Notes: generated by a model from the sequence alone, not told the origin. A stretch of 64,000 nucleotides of DNA from an uncultured Candidatus Saccharibacteria bacterium (GCA_964617735.1 CAZTXT010000001.1:267589-331588); one strand, 5' to 3'; shown: positions 1 to 9,691, numbered from the stretch's first letter. Made by a program: numbers and translations.

Positions 1-3000
1 GCTCTTCTCGAGCGGCACGATTGATGATGTCAGGATCTACACTAAAGCTCTCTCACAAGCGGAAGCCCAAGCGCTCTACAATTGGACTCCTGCTCCACCT
101 CCGCCCCCAGCCGACACCTCCGCCCCCTCTATTCCCGCAAGCATCTCCGCCAACGTTGTCTCCGCCAACCAGATCAACCTCTCGTGGTCAGCATCGACGG
201 ATAACGTCGGTGTAACCGGCTACAAGGTATTCCGTGGAGGGGTACAGATCGGCACCACCGCCCAAACTTCCTATGGAGACACCGGACTTTCTCCCAGCAC
301 CTCCTACACCTACAGCGTCTCTGCCTACGATGCCGCAGGGAATAATTCGGGGCAGTCAAGCGCTATCTCGGCGACAACTGCAGTTCAGCCCGATACCACC
401 GTTCCAGTCATTTCTGTTCTTTCGAGCTCTGGAATTACCACCTCTTCCGCATCCATTTCATGGATGACCGATGAAAATGCGACCAGTCAGGTTGATTATG
501 GTTTGACCACATCGTATGGATCTCAAACCCCGCTCAATAGCGCGCTTTCGACATCGCATTCCGTTTCGCTCTCGGGTCTCTCAAGCAATACCACCTATCA
601 TTTCCGGGTGAGTTCGGCCGATGCTGCGGGAAATCTTGCACAATCATCCGACCAGACCTTCACGACTGCAGTGCAAGCGCAAACTCTTGATACTACAGCA
701 CCTTCTACTCCTATGGGTCTCTCTGCCACGGCTCTTTCGTCTTCCCAGATCAGACTGACGTGGAATGCTTCGACGGATAACGTGGGGGTAGCGGGTTACG
801 ATATTTATGATTGCAGAGGCAACTCATGCAAGAAACTCAACGCCCTTACCAAGGTTTCCGGGACGACCTATCAGGTCAATTCGCTTTCGGCCGGTACAAC
901 ATATCGTTTTGCGATTGATGCATTCGATGCCGCAGGGAATCTCTCCGGGAAAACCGGGACGGTTTCCGTTGCCACGCCTTCGGTAGCACCTCCCACCTAC
1001 ACGCTCTCGGTCACTAAGAGCGGTGCCGGTTCGGGCACGGTCTCCGGCGGGGGCATCAACTGCGGGGCGACCTGCTCGGCTACGATAACGGGGGGAACTC
1101 CCATAACCCTCACCGCAACCCCCGCTTCCGGCTCATCATTTGCCGGTTGGAGCGGCGCGTGCAACGGTACTGCTTCCAGTTGCGCGCTGACCATCAATGC
1201 CAACACTGCAGTGTCTGCGACCTTCTCCATCGCAGCCGACACCTCCGCCCCCTCTATTCCCGCAAGCATCTCCGCCAACGTTGTCTCCGCCAACCAGATC
1301 AACCTCTCGTGGTCAGCATCGACGGATAACGTCGGTGTAACCGGCTACAAGGTATTCCGTGGAGGGGTACAGATCGGCACCACCGCCCAAACTTCCTATG
1401 GAGACACCGGACTTTCTCCCAGCACCTCCTACACCTACAGCGTCTCTGCCTACGATGCCGCAGGGAATAATTCGGGGCAGTCAGCCTCGGTAACTGCGAC
1501 GACGCAGCCGCTTTCCTCGACGAAATTCCAACTCAATGATCGGGTCACGGTAAGCTCCGGACCTCTCAATGTGCGTGCGACACCTTCCATTTCGGCAACT
1601 CTCGTGGGCACGCAGAATACCGGCGCTCTGGGAACCATTATCGGCGGGACAATCTATGCGGACGGATACTTCTGGTGGAATGTGAATTTTGATACCGGTG
1701 CTGACGGTTGGAGCGTCGAAGATTATCTCTCGGGGTATACGCCTCCCACTACCTACGTGCTTTCAGTGAGTACGGCAGGCAGCGGCACGGGCTCGATCAC
1801 CTGCGGTGGAGGAGCTTGTCCTACGTCAGTCACTTCTGGGACATCGGTAACTCTCACCGCGACCCCCGCTTCCGGCTCATCATTTGCCGGTTGGAGCGGC
1901 GCGTGCACGGGTACCGCATCGACCTGCACCCTCACAGTCGTGGGAAACACCACGGTGTCTGCGACGTTCAATCTGGTGAGTACGAATAAATTCAACATCG
2001 GCGATCGGGTGGAGATAACCAATGTTGCGCCTCCCGCAAGAGCCAATATCTGGGCCACAGCTGCGGTGGTAACGCTTGTCGGTACACAACCCGCGGGCGC
2101 TTCAGGCACCATAATCGGAGGTCCTACATCTGCCGGCGGAACAACGTGGTATCAAGTGGATTTTGATAACTCCACGATCGACGGCTGGGATGGCCAAGAA
2201 TATTTCGGGACGTATATTCCTGTTGCACTCACGGTAACTCGACTAGGCTCCGGCACAGTGACGTCAAACCCAGGCGGCATCAACTGCGGGGCAACGTGTT
2301 CGGCCAATTTCGGGATCGGTTCTCAAGTGGTGCTTACTGCCGCGCCGACCACTGGTTACTATGTCAGCAGTTGGTCTGGAGCCTGCAGCGGTAATGCGCT
2401 CGCGTGTACCGTTCTTATGGATTCCGGGCAATCTACGACTATCTACTTCGCACTCGATTCCACGCCGCCCTCAACCCCCACTAACCTTTCAGCCTCCGCC
2501 TTTTCTGCCAACCAGATCAACCTCTCCTGGAGTGCTTCGACGGATAATGTGGCTGTAACTGGCTACAAAGTATTCCGCAATGGAGTGCAGATTGACACCA
2601 CCGCCCAAACCTCTTATAGCGACACCGGACTTTCTCCCAACACCTCCTATACCTACACGGTTTCAGCCTACGATGCGGTGGGGAATAATTCCGCGCCTTC
2701 ATCGGTTGCGTCGGCGACTACCAAGACTCAAAGTGGATTCCTGCTTCCTCCTGACCGGAGTGCCAATCCTGTCAGTGGCACCCCGTGGAGCGGCGCGGGC
2801 GTTCCGGGAGGCATACCCGTTCGGACGACTATCTGCGCCACGTTGGGTACGGCGGGAGGAACGATCGCAACCCCTCAAAGCGTGACGATAAGTCAGATAA
2901 ATTCTGCGCTTTCAGCATGTCCCGCCGGCCAAGTCGTTTATCTCAACCCCGGCACGTACAGTCTTGTCGGTTCGACACCGATTCGCCTCGGCAACAACTC

Positions 3001-4432
3001 TGTAACGCTTCGCGGCGCTGGTCCGGATAAGACGTATCTTAAGTTCAGCGGGAATTTCGACACTGAATTGGTGCAAATAGGAAAGGCCTATGGCCAAGCC
3101 GACCCGCCGGGCGGTCCAGGAACGCTCACCGTGGCGAATTGGATTACCGGATTCGGCCAGGGAACGACGCAAATCACGCTCGATAAAACTACCGGCCTCT
3201 CGGTCGGGCAGGTCATGTGCCTCGACCAGCACGCGGGAGGTAGCAGTCCGTGGTCATCGCCGGTAACTCTCACCGGAGACAATCGAACGGGTATCGGCCT
3301 CCAACAGTGTGTTCTGGTTACTGCCATCAATGGCACCTCCATAACTATCTCCCCGGGAATTTATGGGACGCTCTGGAATTCATCGCTCTCGCCTCAAGCC
3401 TGGTGGTGGGGGAGCAACAAGTCTCTCCAGACCGACTTCTCGGGTATCGAAGATCTCAAGCTCGACGGGACTGGTTCCGGTAGCCAGTATCTAGTTCGGT
3501 TCGTTGGCGGCTATGCAAACTGGATGAAAAATGTCGAGTCTATGAATCCATACCAACATAATGTGGAAGTCAGTTATTCAAAGAGCATCGAAATCCGCGA
3601 CAGCTATTTCCACGACGCGCAGAATCTCCAGTCTAACAATTATGCAAATGATGTCGGCGACAACACGTCTTCCGATGTGCTAGTTGAGAACAACATCTTC
3701 ACGAATATTCCGAATATGATTGATGCGCGCTCCACCTCCGGCAGTGTCTTCGCCTACAACTATGGCGTGAAGTTCCCTTACTACATCTCCACATGGCTTC
3801 CCGAGACGATGATGACCCATGGCGGGCATCCGTTCATGGATCTGTTTGAAGGAAACGAGGGTCCCAATATCGTTTTTGACGAAATCTATGATCCGGCGAG
3901 CCATATCGTGGTATTCCGCAACCGGCTCTTGGGCTCTGATCCCGGGAAGACGGGCAGTCTCAATCCCCTCTATGTTGCCTCGAACAACAACTATGTGAGC
4001 ATCATCGATAACGTGTTGGGAACTGCGGGTGTTCAGGGCTCGTATAACGGCTATAACTTGACCACCGGCGGGAGCCAGAATATCTACAATTTCGTTTACC
4101 AAAGCGGTGATCCCCTGGTGCCGCCGACCTTAACCCGCTGGGGAAACTATGATACGTTCACGGGAACGATCAAAATGCAAACAGATGAGGCTGGTGGCGT
4201 CTCACTGCCGAGTGATCTCACTCCGTACAAGTCGCTCTACCGCTCGTCAGCCCCGAGTTGGTGGAACAGTTCGAAACTTCCAAATCCCAATCTTCCCTGG
4301 CCGGCTATCGGATCTGACATAACCGGAGGAACCGGACCTCAAGGTCATTCCTATGATATTCCCGCGAAGCAATGCTTCACGAAACTCAATCTTGCAAGCG
4401 GGGGAGCATATAACGCCAATCTCTGCTACTAG
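1..4432 (+). CDS. Large multidomain surface protein, 5'-partial: LamG-like tail, FN3 repeats, InlB-B-like repeats, two SH3b-like domains, C-terminal right-handed beta-helix (pectin-lyase-like)
   Basis: The frame of the 464..4432 ORF is open from base 2 (LFSSGTIDDVRIYTKALSQAEAQALY, a LamG/concanavalin C-terminal motif). FN3 motifs: INLSWSASTDNVGVTGYKVFR...GLSPSTSYTYSV. B-repeats: LTATPASGSSFAGWSGAC. SH3b-like: LNVRATPS...WWNVNFDTGADGW. Beta-helix cap: VVYLNPGTY...VTLRGAGPDKT. Confidence 0.85.
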   Translation, partial: LFSSGTIDDVRIYTKALSQAEAQALYNWTPAPPPPPADTSAPSIPASISANVVSANQINLSWSASTDNVGVTGYKVFRGGVQIGTTAQTSYGDTGLSPSTSYTYSVSAYDAAGNNSGQSSAISATTAVQPDTTVPVISVLSSSGITTSSASISWMTDENATSQVDYGLTTSYGSQTPLNSALSTSHSVSLSGLSSNTTYHFRVSSADAAGNLAQSSDQTFTTAVQAQTLDTTAPSTPMGLSATALSSSQIRLTWNASTDNVGVAGYDIYDCRGNSCKKLNALTKVSGTTYQVNSLSAGTTYRFAIDAFDAAGNLSGKTGTVSVATPSVAPPTYTLSVTKSGAGSGTVSGGGINCGATCSATITGGTPITLTATPASGSSFAGWSGACNGTASSCALTINANTAVSATFSIAADTSAPSIPASISANVVSANQINLSWSASTDNVGVTGYKVFRGGVQIGTTAQTSYGDTGLSPSTSYTYSVSAYDAAGNNSGQSASVTATTQPLSSTKFQLNDRVTVSSGPLNVRATPSISATLVGTQNTGALGTIIGGTIYADGYFWWNVNFDTGADGWSVEDYLSGYTPPTTYVLSVSTAGSGTGSITCGGGACPTSVTSGTSVTLTATPASGSSFAGWSGACTGTASTCTLTVVGNTTVSATFNLVSTNKFNIGDRVEITNVAPPARANIWATAAVVTLVGTQPAGASGTIIGGPTSAGGTTWYQVDFDNSTIDGWDGQEYFGTYIPVALTVTRLGSGTVTSNPGGINCGATCSANFGIGSQVVLTAAPTTGYYVSSWSGACSGNALACTVLMDSGQSTTIYFALDSTPPSTPTNLSASAFSANQINLSWSASTDNVAVTGYKVFRNGVQIDTTAQTSYSDTGLSPNTSYTYTVSAYDAVGNNSAPSSVASATTKTQSGFLLPPDRSANPVSGTPWSGAGVPGGIPVRTTICATLGTAGGTIATPQSVTISQINSALSACPAGQVVYLNPGTYSLVGSTPIRLGNNSVTLRGAGPDKTYLKFSGNFDTELVQIGKAYGQADPPGGPGTLTVANWITGFGQGTTQITLDKTTGLSVGQVMCLDQHAGGSSPWSSPVTLTGDNRTGIGLQQCVLVTAINGTSITISPGIYGTLWNSSLSPQAWWWGSNKSLQTDFSGIEDLKLDGTGSGSQYLVRFVGGYANWMKNVESMNPYQHNVEVSYSKSIEIRDSYFHDAQNLQSNNYANDVGDNTSSDVLVENNIFTNIPNMIDARSTSGSVFAYNYGVKFPYYISTWLPETMMTHGGHPFMDLFEGNEGPNIVFDEIYDPASHIVVFRNRLLGSDPGKTGSLNPLYVASNNNYVSIIDNVLGTAGVQGSYNGYNLTTGGSQNIYNFVYQSGDPLVPPTLTRWGNYDTFTGTIKMQTDEAGGVSLPSDLTPYKSLYRSSAPSWWNSSKLPNPNLPWPAIGSDITGGTGPQGHSYDIPAKQCFTKLNLASGGAYNANLCY
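108..1483 (+). repeat. 251-bp exact intragenic direct repeat (108-358 and 1233-1483) encoding one FN3 domain; diverged third copy near 2500-2690
   Basis: Base-by-base comparison from cagccgacacctcc to ggggcagtca; offset 1125, in frame. Confidence 0.95.
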
Positions 4433-4525
4433 TGTTTTGGATGGGCCCGTGGGCAAATTGTTGCCCGCGGGCCTTCAGCGTGGGTTGAAGGGCACGGTAA
4501 AATCTGCTAAAGTCTCTTTGTTTTT

Positions 4526-4597
4526 GCGGCTGTAGCTCAACGGTAGAGCACTCGCCTGTCACGCGAGAGGTCGCGGGGTCAGCACCCGTCAGCCGCG
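4526..4597 (+). tRNA. tRNA-Asp (GTC), CCA not encoded, atypical T-loop
   Basis: Cloverleaf GCGGCTG/CAGCCGC, D-arm GCTC/GAGC, anticodon arm CTCGC-CTGTCAC-GCGAG, T-arm GCGGG-GTCAGCA-CCCGT, discriminator G. Confidence 0.9.
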
Positions 4598-4793
4598 TTG
4601 CGGCAAAAATCGGCAGCCAGAGCTGCCGATTTTTGGTGCCTTTGGCACGACGGTTGCTGACAGCCGCAACGTCCGAGCGCAGCGAGGCCGAGCTAGCAGG
4701 CGAGGAAGTGAGGCGGGGTAGCGGCCTTGCGAGCGCGACGGCGCGAGCAAGAGCTGTGACCAGACCCGTCAGCTGAGACCCCGAGCGCAGTGA
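4598..4793. repeat. tRNA-associated palindromic element (tRNA-Asp)
   Basis: 13-bp hairpin 4605-4634; inverted copy of the T-arm at 4649-4661; GAGCGCAGCGA motif; direct repeat acccgtcagc at 4584-4593 and 4764-4773. Confidence 0.65.
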
Positions 4794-4806
4794 TTCATCA
4801 TCACCA

Positions 4807-4834
4807 TTGACTTGCCTCTGTGGCCGGATACTAT
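4807..4834 (+). promoter_or_regulatory. Putative sigma70 promoter for the hydrolase gene
   Basis: TTGACT-N16-TACTAT, followed by an AAGGA RBS before ATG 4867. Confidence 0.55.
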
Positions 4835-4866
4835 GTGCGGAGAAACCTTAACAAGAAAGGATCAGT

Positions 4867-5835
4867 ATGCGTCTATGTCGTCTCGTCTTCTCACTCATTC
4901 TGCCTCTGGTAAGTCTCGGGTGCCTGAATCTTCCCTCACACACCTATCGCCACGCCCCGCTTCCGCTTTCGGAGAAGCTCGCACAAGAGATATCGTATCA
5001 ACCGCTCACCTGCAGGCCTCTCTTGGAGTACCCATGCTATGGAAAGCATCAGTTCAAGCATATCGAACTTGAAGTCTCGACATTCAATGGTGCCAATAAA
5101 GTACTCGACCTCGAATACTATCGCCCACCAGTCACGGAAGCAGTCCCCGTCATTGTCGTGTTGCCGATATCCGCTGGCGAACATTATTCTCTGGAGCGGT
5201 TCCTTTCGCACTACATCGTACGTTGCGGCTTCGCCGCGGTAATCGTGCATCGCGAGCGGGAACGCAATCCCACGACTGCGGATGCAATCAATGCGCTGTT
5301 ACGCCAGTCGGTCTTGGACAATCGCCAGGTCATTGATTGGATCGAAACGCGTCCCGAGCTTAATCCGCGCAAGATAGGCGTGTTGGGGACGAGTATGGGA
5401 AGCATCAAAGGAGCGCTCCTCTGTGCCGTCGAACCGCGCGTCCGCGCGTCGGTGCTCGCGCTTACCGGCGGCGATCTTCCGTATATCATTTCGTATAGCA
5501 CCGACGGCACACTCACGCATTGTGGGGTGAGCCTTAAGCGTAAAACATACCTCAAAGAGCACCATCTCTCGCTCGCAGAGTTCAAGCGCGGTCTAGAAGG
5601 GATTGAATGGGACCCGAAGCTTCTTGGGCCGTATGTCGATCCGAAGAAATGCATGCTTATCTTGGGTGCGTGCGACACGGTTGTGCCCTTCAAGAAAGGC
5701 TTGGAATTGCGTGCGGCGATGGGGTATCCCGAGACCGAGGTAGTATTGAGCGGCCACTACACGTCGCTTTTCTATATGCTCAACATTCGCGCACAGGCAT
5801 TCGAGTTCTTCGCGAAGCGTTTCAATGAAGATTGA
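4867..5835 (+). CDS. Alpha/beta-fold hydrolase, possible lipoprotein
   Basis: Nucleophile elbow GTSMG, D (CDTVVP) and H (SGHY) of the triad; N-terminal hydrophobic stretch ending SLGC. Confidence 0.8.
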   Translation: MRLCRLVFSLILPLVSLGCLNLPSHTYRHAPLPLSEKLAQEISYQPLTCRPLLEYPCYGKHQFKHIELEVSTFNGANKVLDLEYYRPPVTEAVPVIVVLPISAGEHYSLERFLSHYIVRCGFAAVIVHRERERNPTTADAINALLRQSVLDNRQVIDWIETRPELNPRKIGVLGTSMGSIKGALLCAVEPRVRASVLALTGGDLPYIISYSTDGTLTHCGVSLKRKTYLKEHHLSLAEFKRGLEGIEWDPKLLGPYVDPKKCMLILGACDTVVPFKKGLELRAAMGYPETEVVLSGHYTSLFYMLNIRAQAFEFFAKRFNED

Positions 5836-5848
5836 AACGTACGTTCAT

Positions 5849-5881
5849 CAAAAAACTTCCGACTAGGTCGGAAGTTTTTTA
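5849..5881. terminator. Bidirectional intrinsic terminator
   Basis: aaaaaacttccgac-tag-gtcggaagtttttt between convergent genes. Confidence 0.85.
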
Positions 5882-5883
5882 GT

Positions 5884-6804
5884 TCATGCTACGAGGAGTT
5901 TGTTGAGATTGCGCGAGCGTTCGAAAAAATAGAGGACGGTGAGGAAGGTGACCGCCGGCGATGCCCACGAGGGAATAGGGAAATGGAACGCGTCGAGCGT
6001 CATGATGATGCCAAGGAAGAGGATCGAGTACATGGCGCCGTTTTTGAGAAAGAGGTAGCGCTTGAGCCAGTGCATGTTGCGTACGGTCAATTGTCGTACG
6101 AGATATGCTCCGAGCCCGTTCCCGATGATGATGAGCGGCACGGAGAGCGTGAACGCGAACGCGCCGAGCACGCTGTCGATCGAGAAGGTCGCGTCGATCA
6201 CTTCGAGATAGAGGATTTTACTGACATCAGAGCGTCCTGATGCAGTCAAATTCGTTTCAGCTCGCTGCGCTTGTTCTTTGAACCCGTGCGTTATGAAAAA
6301 ACCAGTAGAACCGACGACTGCCCCGAACGCGACGAGCGGATCCTCATGGATCGCGAACCACGTTATGACCGTGAGAATGACAGCCGCGACAGCATAGAAC
6401 CAGAGTCCTTGCCTGATGAAGAACGGTTCATGCGGCAGCCCGATATTTTTCTTTTCGAGGAAGAGCCAGTGAAAGAAGAGAAGGATGAGGAATACGCCGC
6501 CGCCCAAGAGCAGTATCGGCGCTGACGCTTCGACGGACGCTGACACTGCGGGATTTTGCGAGAACATCGCGGTAAAGGAGCCGATGGCGCCAAGTTTCGG
6601 ATTAGCCATCCACATGATCGCCCACGGCAGGGCGCCGCGGATGATGAAAACTGCGAAGAGCACGCCCCAGAAGAGGAACCATCGTCGCGCTTTGGGGTGC
6701 ATCGTCGCAAGCACCTCGCCGTTGATGATGGCGTTGTCAATACTGCTGATGGTCTCGAAGAGCGCAAGACCGGCGATCGTTAGTACAAGCGTTGCAATGG
6801 GCAT
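5884..6804 (-). CDS. TerC-like / DUF475 integral membrane protein
   Basis: FETISSIDNAIIN and LYLEVIDATFSIDSV acidic TM motifs; multiple TM helices. Confidence 0.85.
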   Translation of the reverse strand: MPIATLVLTIAGLALFETISSIDNAIINGEVLATMHPKARRWFLFWGVLFAVFIIRGALPWAIMWMANPKLGAIGSFTAMFSQNPAVSASVEASAPILLLGGGVFLILLFFHWLFLEKKNIGLPHEPFFIRQGLWFYAVAAVILTVITWFAIHEDPLVAFGAVVGSTGFFITHGFKEQAQRAETNLTASGRSDVSKILYLEVIDATFSIDSVLGAFAFTLSVPLIIIGNGLGAYLVRQLTVRNMHWLKRYLFLKNGAMYSILFLGIIMTLDAFHFPIPSWASPAVTFLTVLYFFERSRNLNKLLVA

Positions 6805-6930
6805 GCTCTAGTATACTATTTTCTCGATTAAAGCCTACGGCGAGTTGTTCGCACTCGGTGTGGCAAAGCTCTTGTCATGTTTGAAAAAGCCCCGATGATA
6901 TACTATTATTCGATGGCGTTGTGCAGACAT

Positions 6931-7006
6931 GCCGATGTAGCTCAGTTGGTAGAGCAACCCCATGGTAAGGGGTAGGTCGCCAGTTCAATTCTGGCCATCG
7001 GCTCCA
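6931..7006 (+). tRNA. tRNA-Thr (GGT)
   Basis: GCCGATG/CATCGGC acceptor, ACCCC-ATGGTAA-GGGGT anticodon arm, TTCAATT T-loop, encoded CCA. Confidence 0.97.
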
Positions 7007-7075
7007 CAATGTCTTCCCCACGTCGTTGTTTTGAGGGACTGAATGCCTGTTCAATTGTTTTTGAAGAAATTAAGT

Positions 7076-7151
7076 GCCAGTGTAGCTCAGTTGGTAGAGC
7101 ACCGCTTTCGTAAAGCGGGGGTCGTCGGTTCAAACCCGACCACTGGCTCCA
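7076..7151 (+). tRNA. tRNA-Thr (CGT)
   Basis: GCCAGTG/CACTGGC acceptor, CCGCT-TTCGTAA-AGCGG anticodon arm, TTCAAAC T-loop, encoded CCA. Confidence 0.97.
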
Positions 7152-7276
7152 GTTTTAGAGAAAAAGATACAAAATGTCGTTGCAATGCCCAGAAATTGTT
7201 GTGCATTGCTAACCGTTGGAGGGGGGGTATACTTTTCATGAAGAAGTCTGAAAAAAGATTCGCCTAATCTTTGTAT

Positions 7277-8134
7277 ATGATTGACCCTACTTTGGAAAAC
7301 TATCTGATACAGGCAAAACAACGAGGTTTGTCTGACGATCTGATTCGCCAGGAACTCCAAAAGGCGGGGTGGTCAGTTGACCAAATAAACCAAGCCCTTT
7401 CTCCTAATGGTAGTGAGTTTAAGCCACCTTCTCCGCCTCCGCAACACATTCCAAGCGCAGCATACCCGAGTAATATGCCAATGATGAATAACAAAGGATT
7501 GCTACTAAGCTTTGCCGTGCTACTTGTTGCGCTTGCGTCCGCCGCCGCGTCTGCGTATTTCTTTTTTGGTAAAGGGAATAGTTTGTCACTTCAAAATACC
7601 GTCGATCAGAAAAGCACTACGGAGCAAAATAATCTCGAGCTCCCCTCTACTAGCCAACCTACTTCCTTTAGTGCTCCTTCTACTGCTACCTGCAAAGATG
7701 ACGATATTGACTGTCTTATTAATCTTATTAATATTCTTATAGATAAGTCTGTGACATGTACTCCGATTCGACAAATATACAAAGTATTTGGAATATCTAC
7801 TCGATACGAGATCCTCGGTTTTTCCGGAACGCAGTGCCAATTTCAGGACGAGGTTTTGGGGGGGACTTTTCACCTCGATCAAGCGTATAGGGATAGGGCG
7901 AAAAGCAGTGGCGCAAGCGATGCAGACATCCAGGCTTTTACTCAGGGTATGCAGGAGGGTTTCGATATGAGTGTTGGAAAAGTGTTGAAGTGTAATTCCC
8001 CCACATCAAAACTGACGTCTTATTTGAAGGAGGTGAAACAAGGGACGAAGAATTTCCACGAGAAGGGTGAAGTCTCTTTCAGTACCGACTCTGTGTCATT
8101 TGCTTTTACTCAAGATTACTGTAACTTTCAATAA
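7277..8134 (+). CDS. Hypothetical single-pass membrane protein with an N-terminal helical module and a Cys-containing extracellular domain
   Basis: About 285-aa ORF (ATG 7277; the ORF track starts at TTG 7271), one TM, Pro-rich linker, AT-richer than its neighbours. Confidence 0.75.
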   Translation: MIDPTLENYLIQAKQRGLSDDLIRQELQKAGWSVDQINQALSPNGSEFKPPSPPPQHIPSAAYPSNMPMMNNKGLLLSFAVLLVALASAAASAYFFFGKGNSLSLQNTVDQKSTTEQNNLELPSTSQPTSFSAPSTATCKDDDIDCLINLINILIDKSVTCTPIRQIYKVFGISTRYEILGFSGTQCQFQDEVLGGTFHLDQAYRDRAKSSGASDADIQAFTQGMQEGFDMSVGKVLKCNSPTSKLTSYLKEVKQGTKNFHEKGEVSFSTDSVSFAFTQDYCNFQ

Positions 8135-8137
8135 AAT

Positions 8138-9445
8138 ATGCCAAATCAATTTAGAGATGTAACGTCTACTGGCTATGGCGGTCGGATCATCAACTCGATA
8201 AAAGGAGTACTCATTGGACTTATTCTTTTTGTTGCTTCGTTCGGTTTACTCTATTGGAACGAAGGACGAGTTGATTTATCCAACATCGCGAAAACTGCTA
8301 CCGACATAAGTTCCGCAACAGTTAGCGCCGACTCTACACTGAGCGGCAAACTTATTTCTACAACGGGAAATGTAAACTCCGATCAAGTCATCGGAGATAA
8401 TTTGTTTTTGAATCCCGATAAGTTTATTGCCGCGGAGCGCGAAGTTGAGATGTATTCTTGGGTAGAAAAATCCGAATCTCATAGCAGAACTAACACTGGA
8501 GGTTCAGAGACAACCGAGACCACATACTCGTACTCAAAAGGATGGGAAGCAAATCCAAAATCTTCAAGCAACTTTGAACATCCTGAAGGACACGAAAATC
8601 CGCAGAAAGGCTTGGACAGCTATACTAACAAAGTTACTGCCGCAACAATTGGTGTTTACAATTTTGACCCGCAAAGTGTTGCCCTGCCAGACTTTTCTAA
8701 ACTTCCACTCAATTCTCAAAATGTGACTTTGAGTGATGGAGCAGTTTTAGCAAACGACAGTTACATTTTTATCAAAAAGAGTGCTGACGGAACATTCGAT
8801 AGCCCGCAAATCGGAGACTTGCGGGTAAGCTATCATGTTTTGAGCCCCGGATTTGAGGGTACAATTTTTGGAAAATTGAGCGGAAGTAGAATCGATCCGT
8901 ATTTTGACCAAAACGGAAATAATCTCTACCGTTTGTTCATTGGTACTCGCGAACAGGGAATCTCGACGCTCCACACTGAATATGCGACACTGCTTTGGAT
9001 TTTACGCCTGGTGGGCTTTTTGCTGATGTGGTTTGGGCTTTCCGCACTCTTTGGCCCGATTAGCGTTCTTCTCGACTTCCTCCCGATTTTCGGCGCGATA
9101 AGTCGCTTGCTAATTGGCGTAATAACGTTTCTTGTCGCACTTGTGCTCACGGTCGTGACAATCATTGTCTCGATGATTGCTCACAGCTTTATCACGCTCA
9201 TTATTGCCTTAGTAATTACTGTCGGAGCGATTATCGCTTTCTTTGTGATATGGAAAAACAAAAGAAAAGCCAGCGGTGTATTAGCACCAGCAATGGCTCC
9301 GGCACAAGCCACTCCGCCAGTAAATCAGCAGTTGGAAAGTTATGTGAGGGAAGCACGAAGTAGGGGTATGTCAAATGACCAAATTCGCCAAGAGCTTATG
9401 ACTTCTGGTTGGGCAAACGAAGAAATCAATCGAGTTTTGATGTAA
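8138..9445 (+). CDS. TMEM43 (DUF1625) family membrane protein
   Basis: LLYWNEGR, REVEMYSWVE, ..GHENP, PQIGDLRVSY and WILRLVGFLLMWFG motifs. Confidence 0.85.
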   Translation: MPNQFRDVTSTGYGGRIINSIKGVLIGLILFVASFGLLYWNEGRVDLSNIAKTATDISSATVSADSTLSGKLISTTGNVNSDQVIGDNLFLNPDKFIAAEREVEMYSWVEKSESHSRTNTGGSETTETTYSYSKGWEANPKSSSNFEHPEGHENPQKGLDSYTNKVTAATIGVYNFDPQSVALPDFSKLPLNSQNVTLSDGAVLANDSYIFIKKSADGTFDSPQIGDLRVSYHVLSPGFEGTIFGKLSGSRIDPYFDQNGNNLYRLFIGTREQGISTLHTEYATLLWILRLVGFLLMWFGLSALFGPISVLLDFLPIFGAISRLLIGVITFLVALVLTVVTIIVSMIAHSFITLIIALVITVGAIIAFFVIWKNKRKASGVLAPAMAPAQATPPVNQQLESYVREARSRGMSNDQIRQELMTSGWANEEINRVLM

Positions 9446-9691
9446 CTATTTTGCCCGCTGCCCGCTGCCCACCGTCCAAGCGGAATATTGACCCTAAGTC
9501 TTCGCCTGCGGGTGAGCGCAGAATACCAAACGTAAACTCTCCCCTACATTTTCTTGTTTTTTGCGCGTGCCAATTTCTAAATGAAAGGAAGATTTTGCTT
9601 GAGGTGTAGCTGCCGCTCTGTCCCGACGGGCTTCCGAAGTCAGGAATTTCTGATAAGATAAGTTCAAGCGAAGTCGTAAAGAAACATTTCG

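Noticed and set aside
9446-9690. Intergenic region with tgcccgc repeats; possible prfB first exon, RNA or MITE
   Set aside because: No SD-CTTTGA frameshift cassette, no clear terminal repeats and no second copy in the window.
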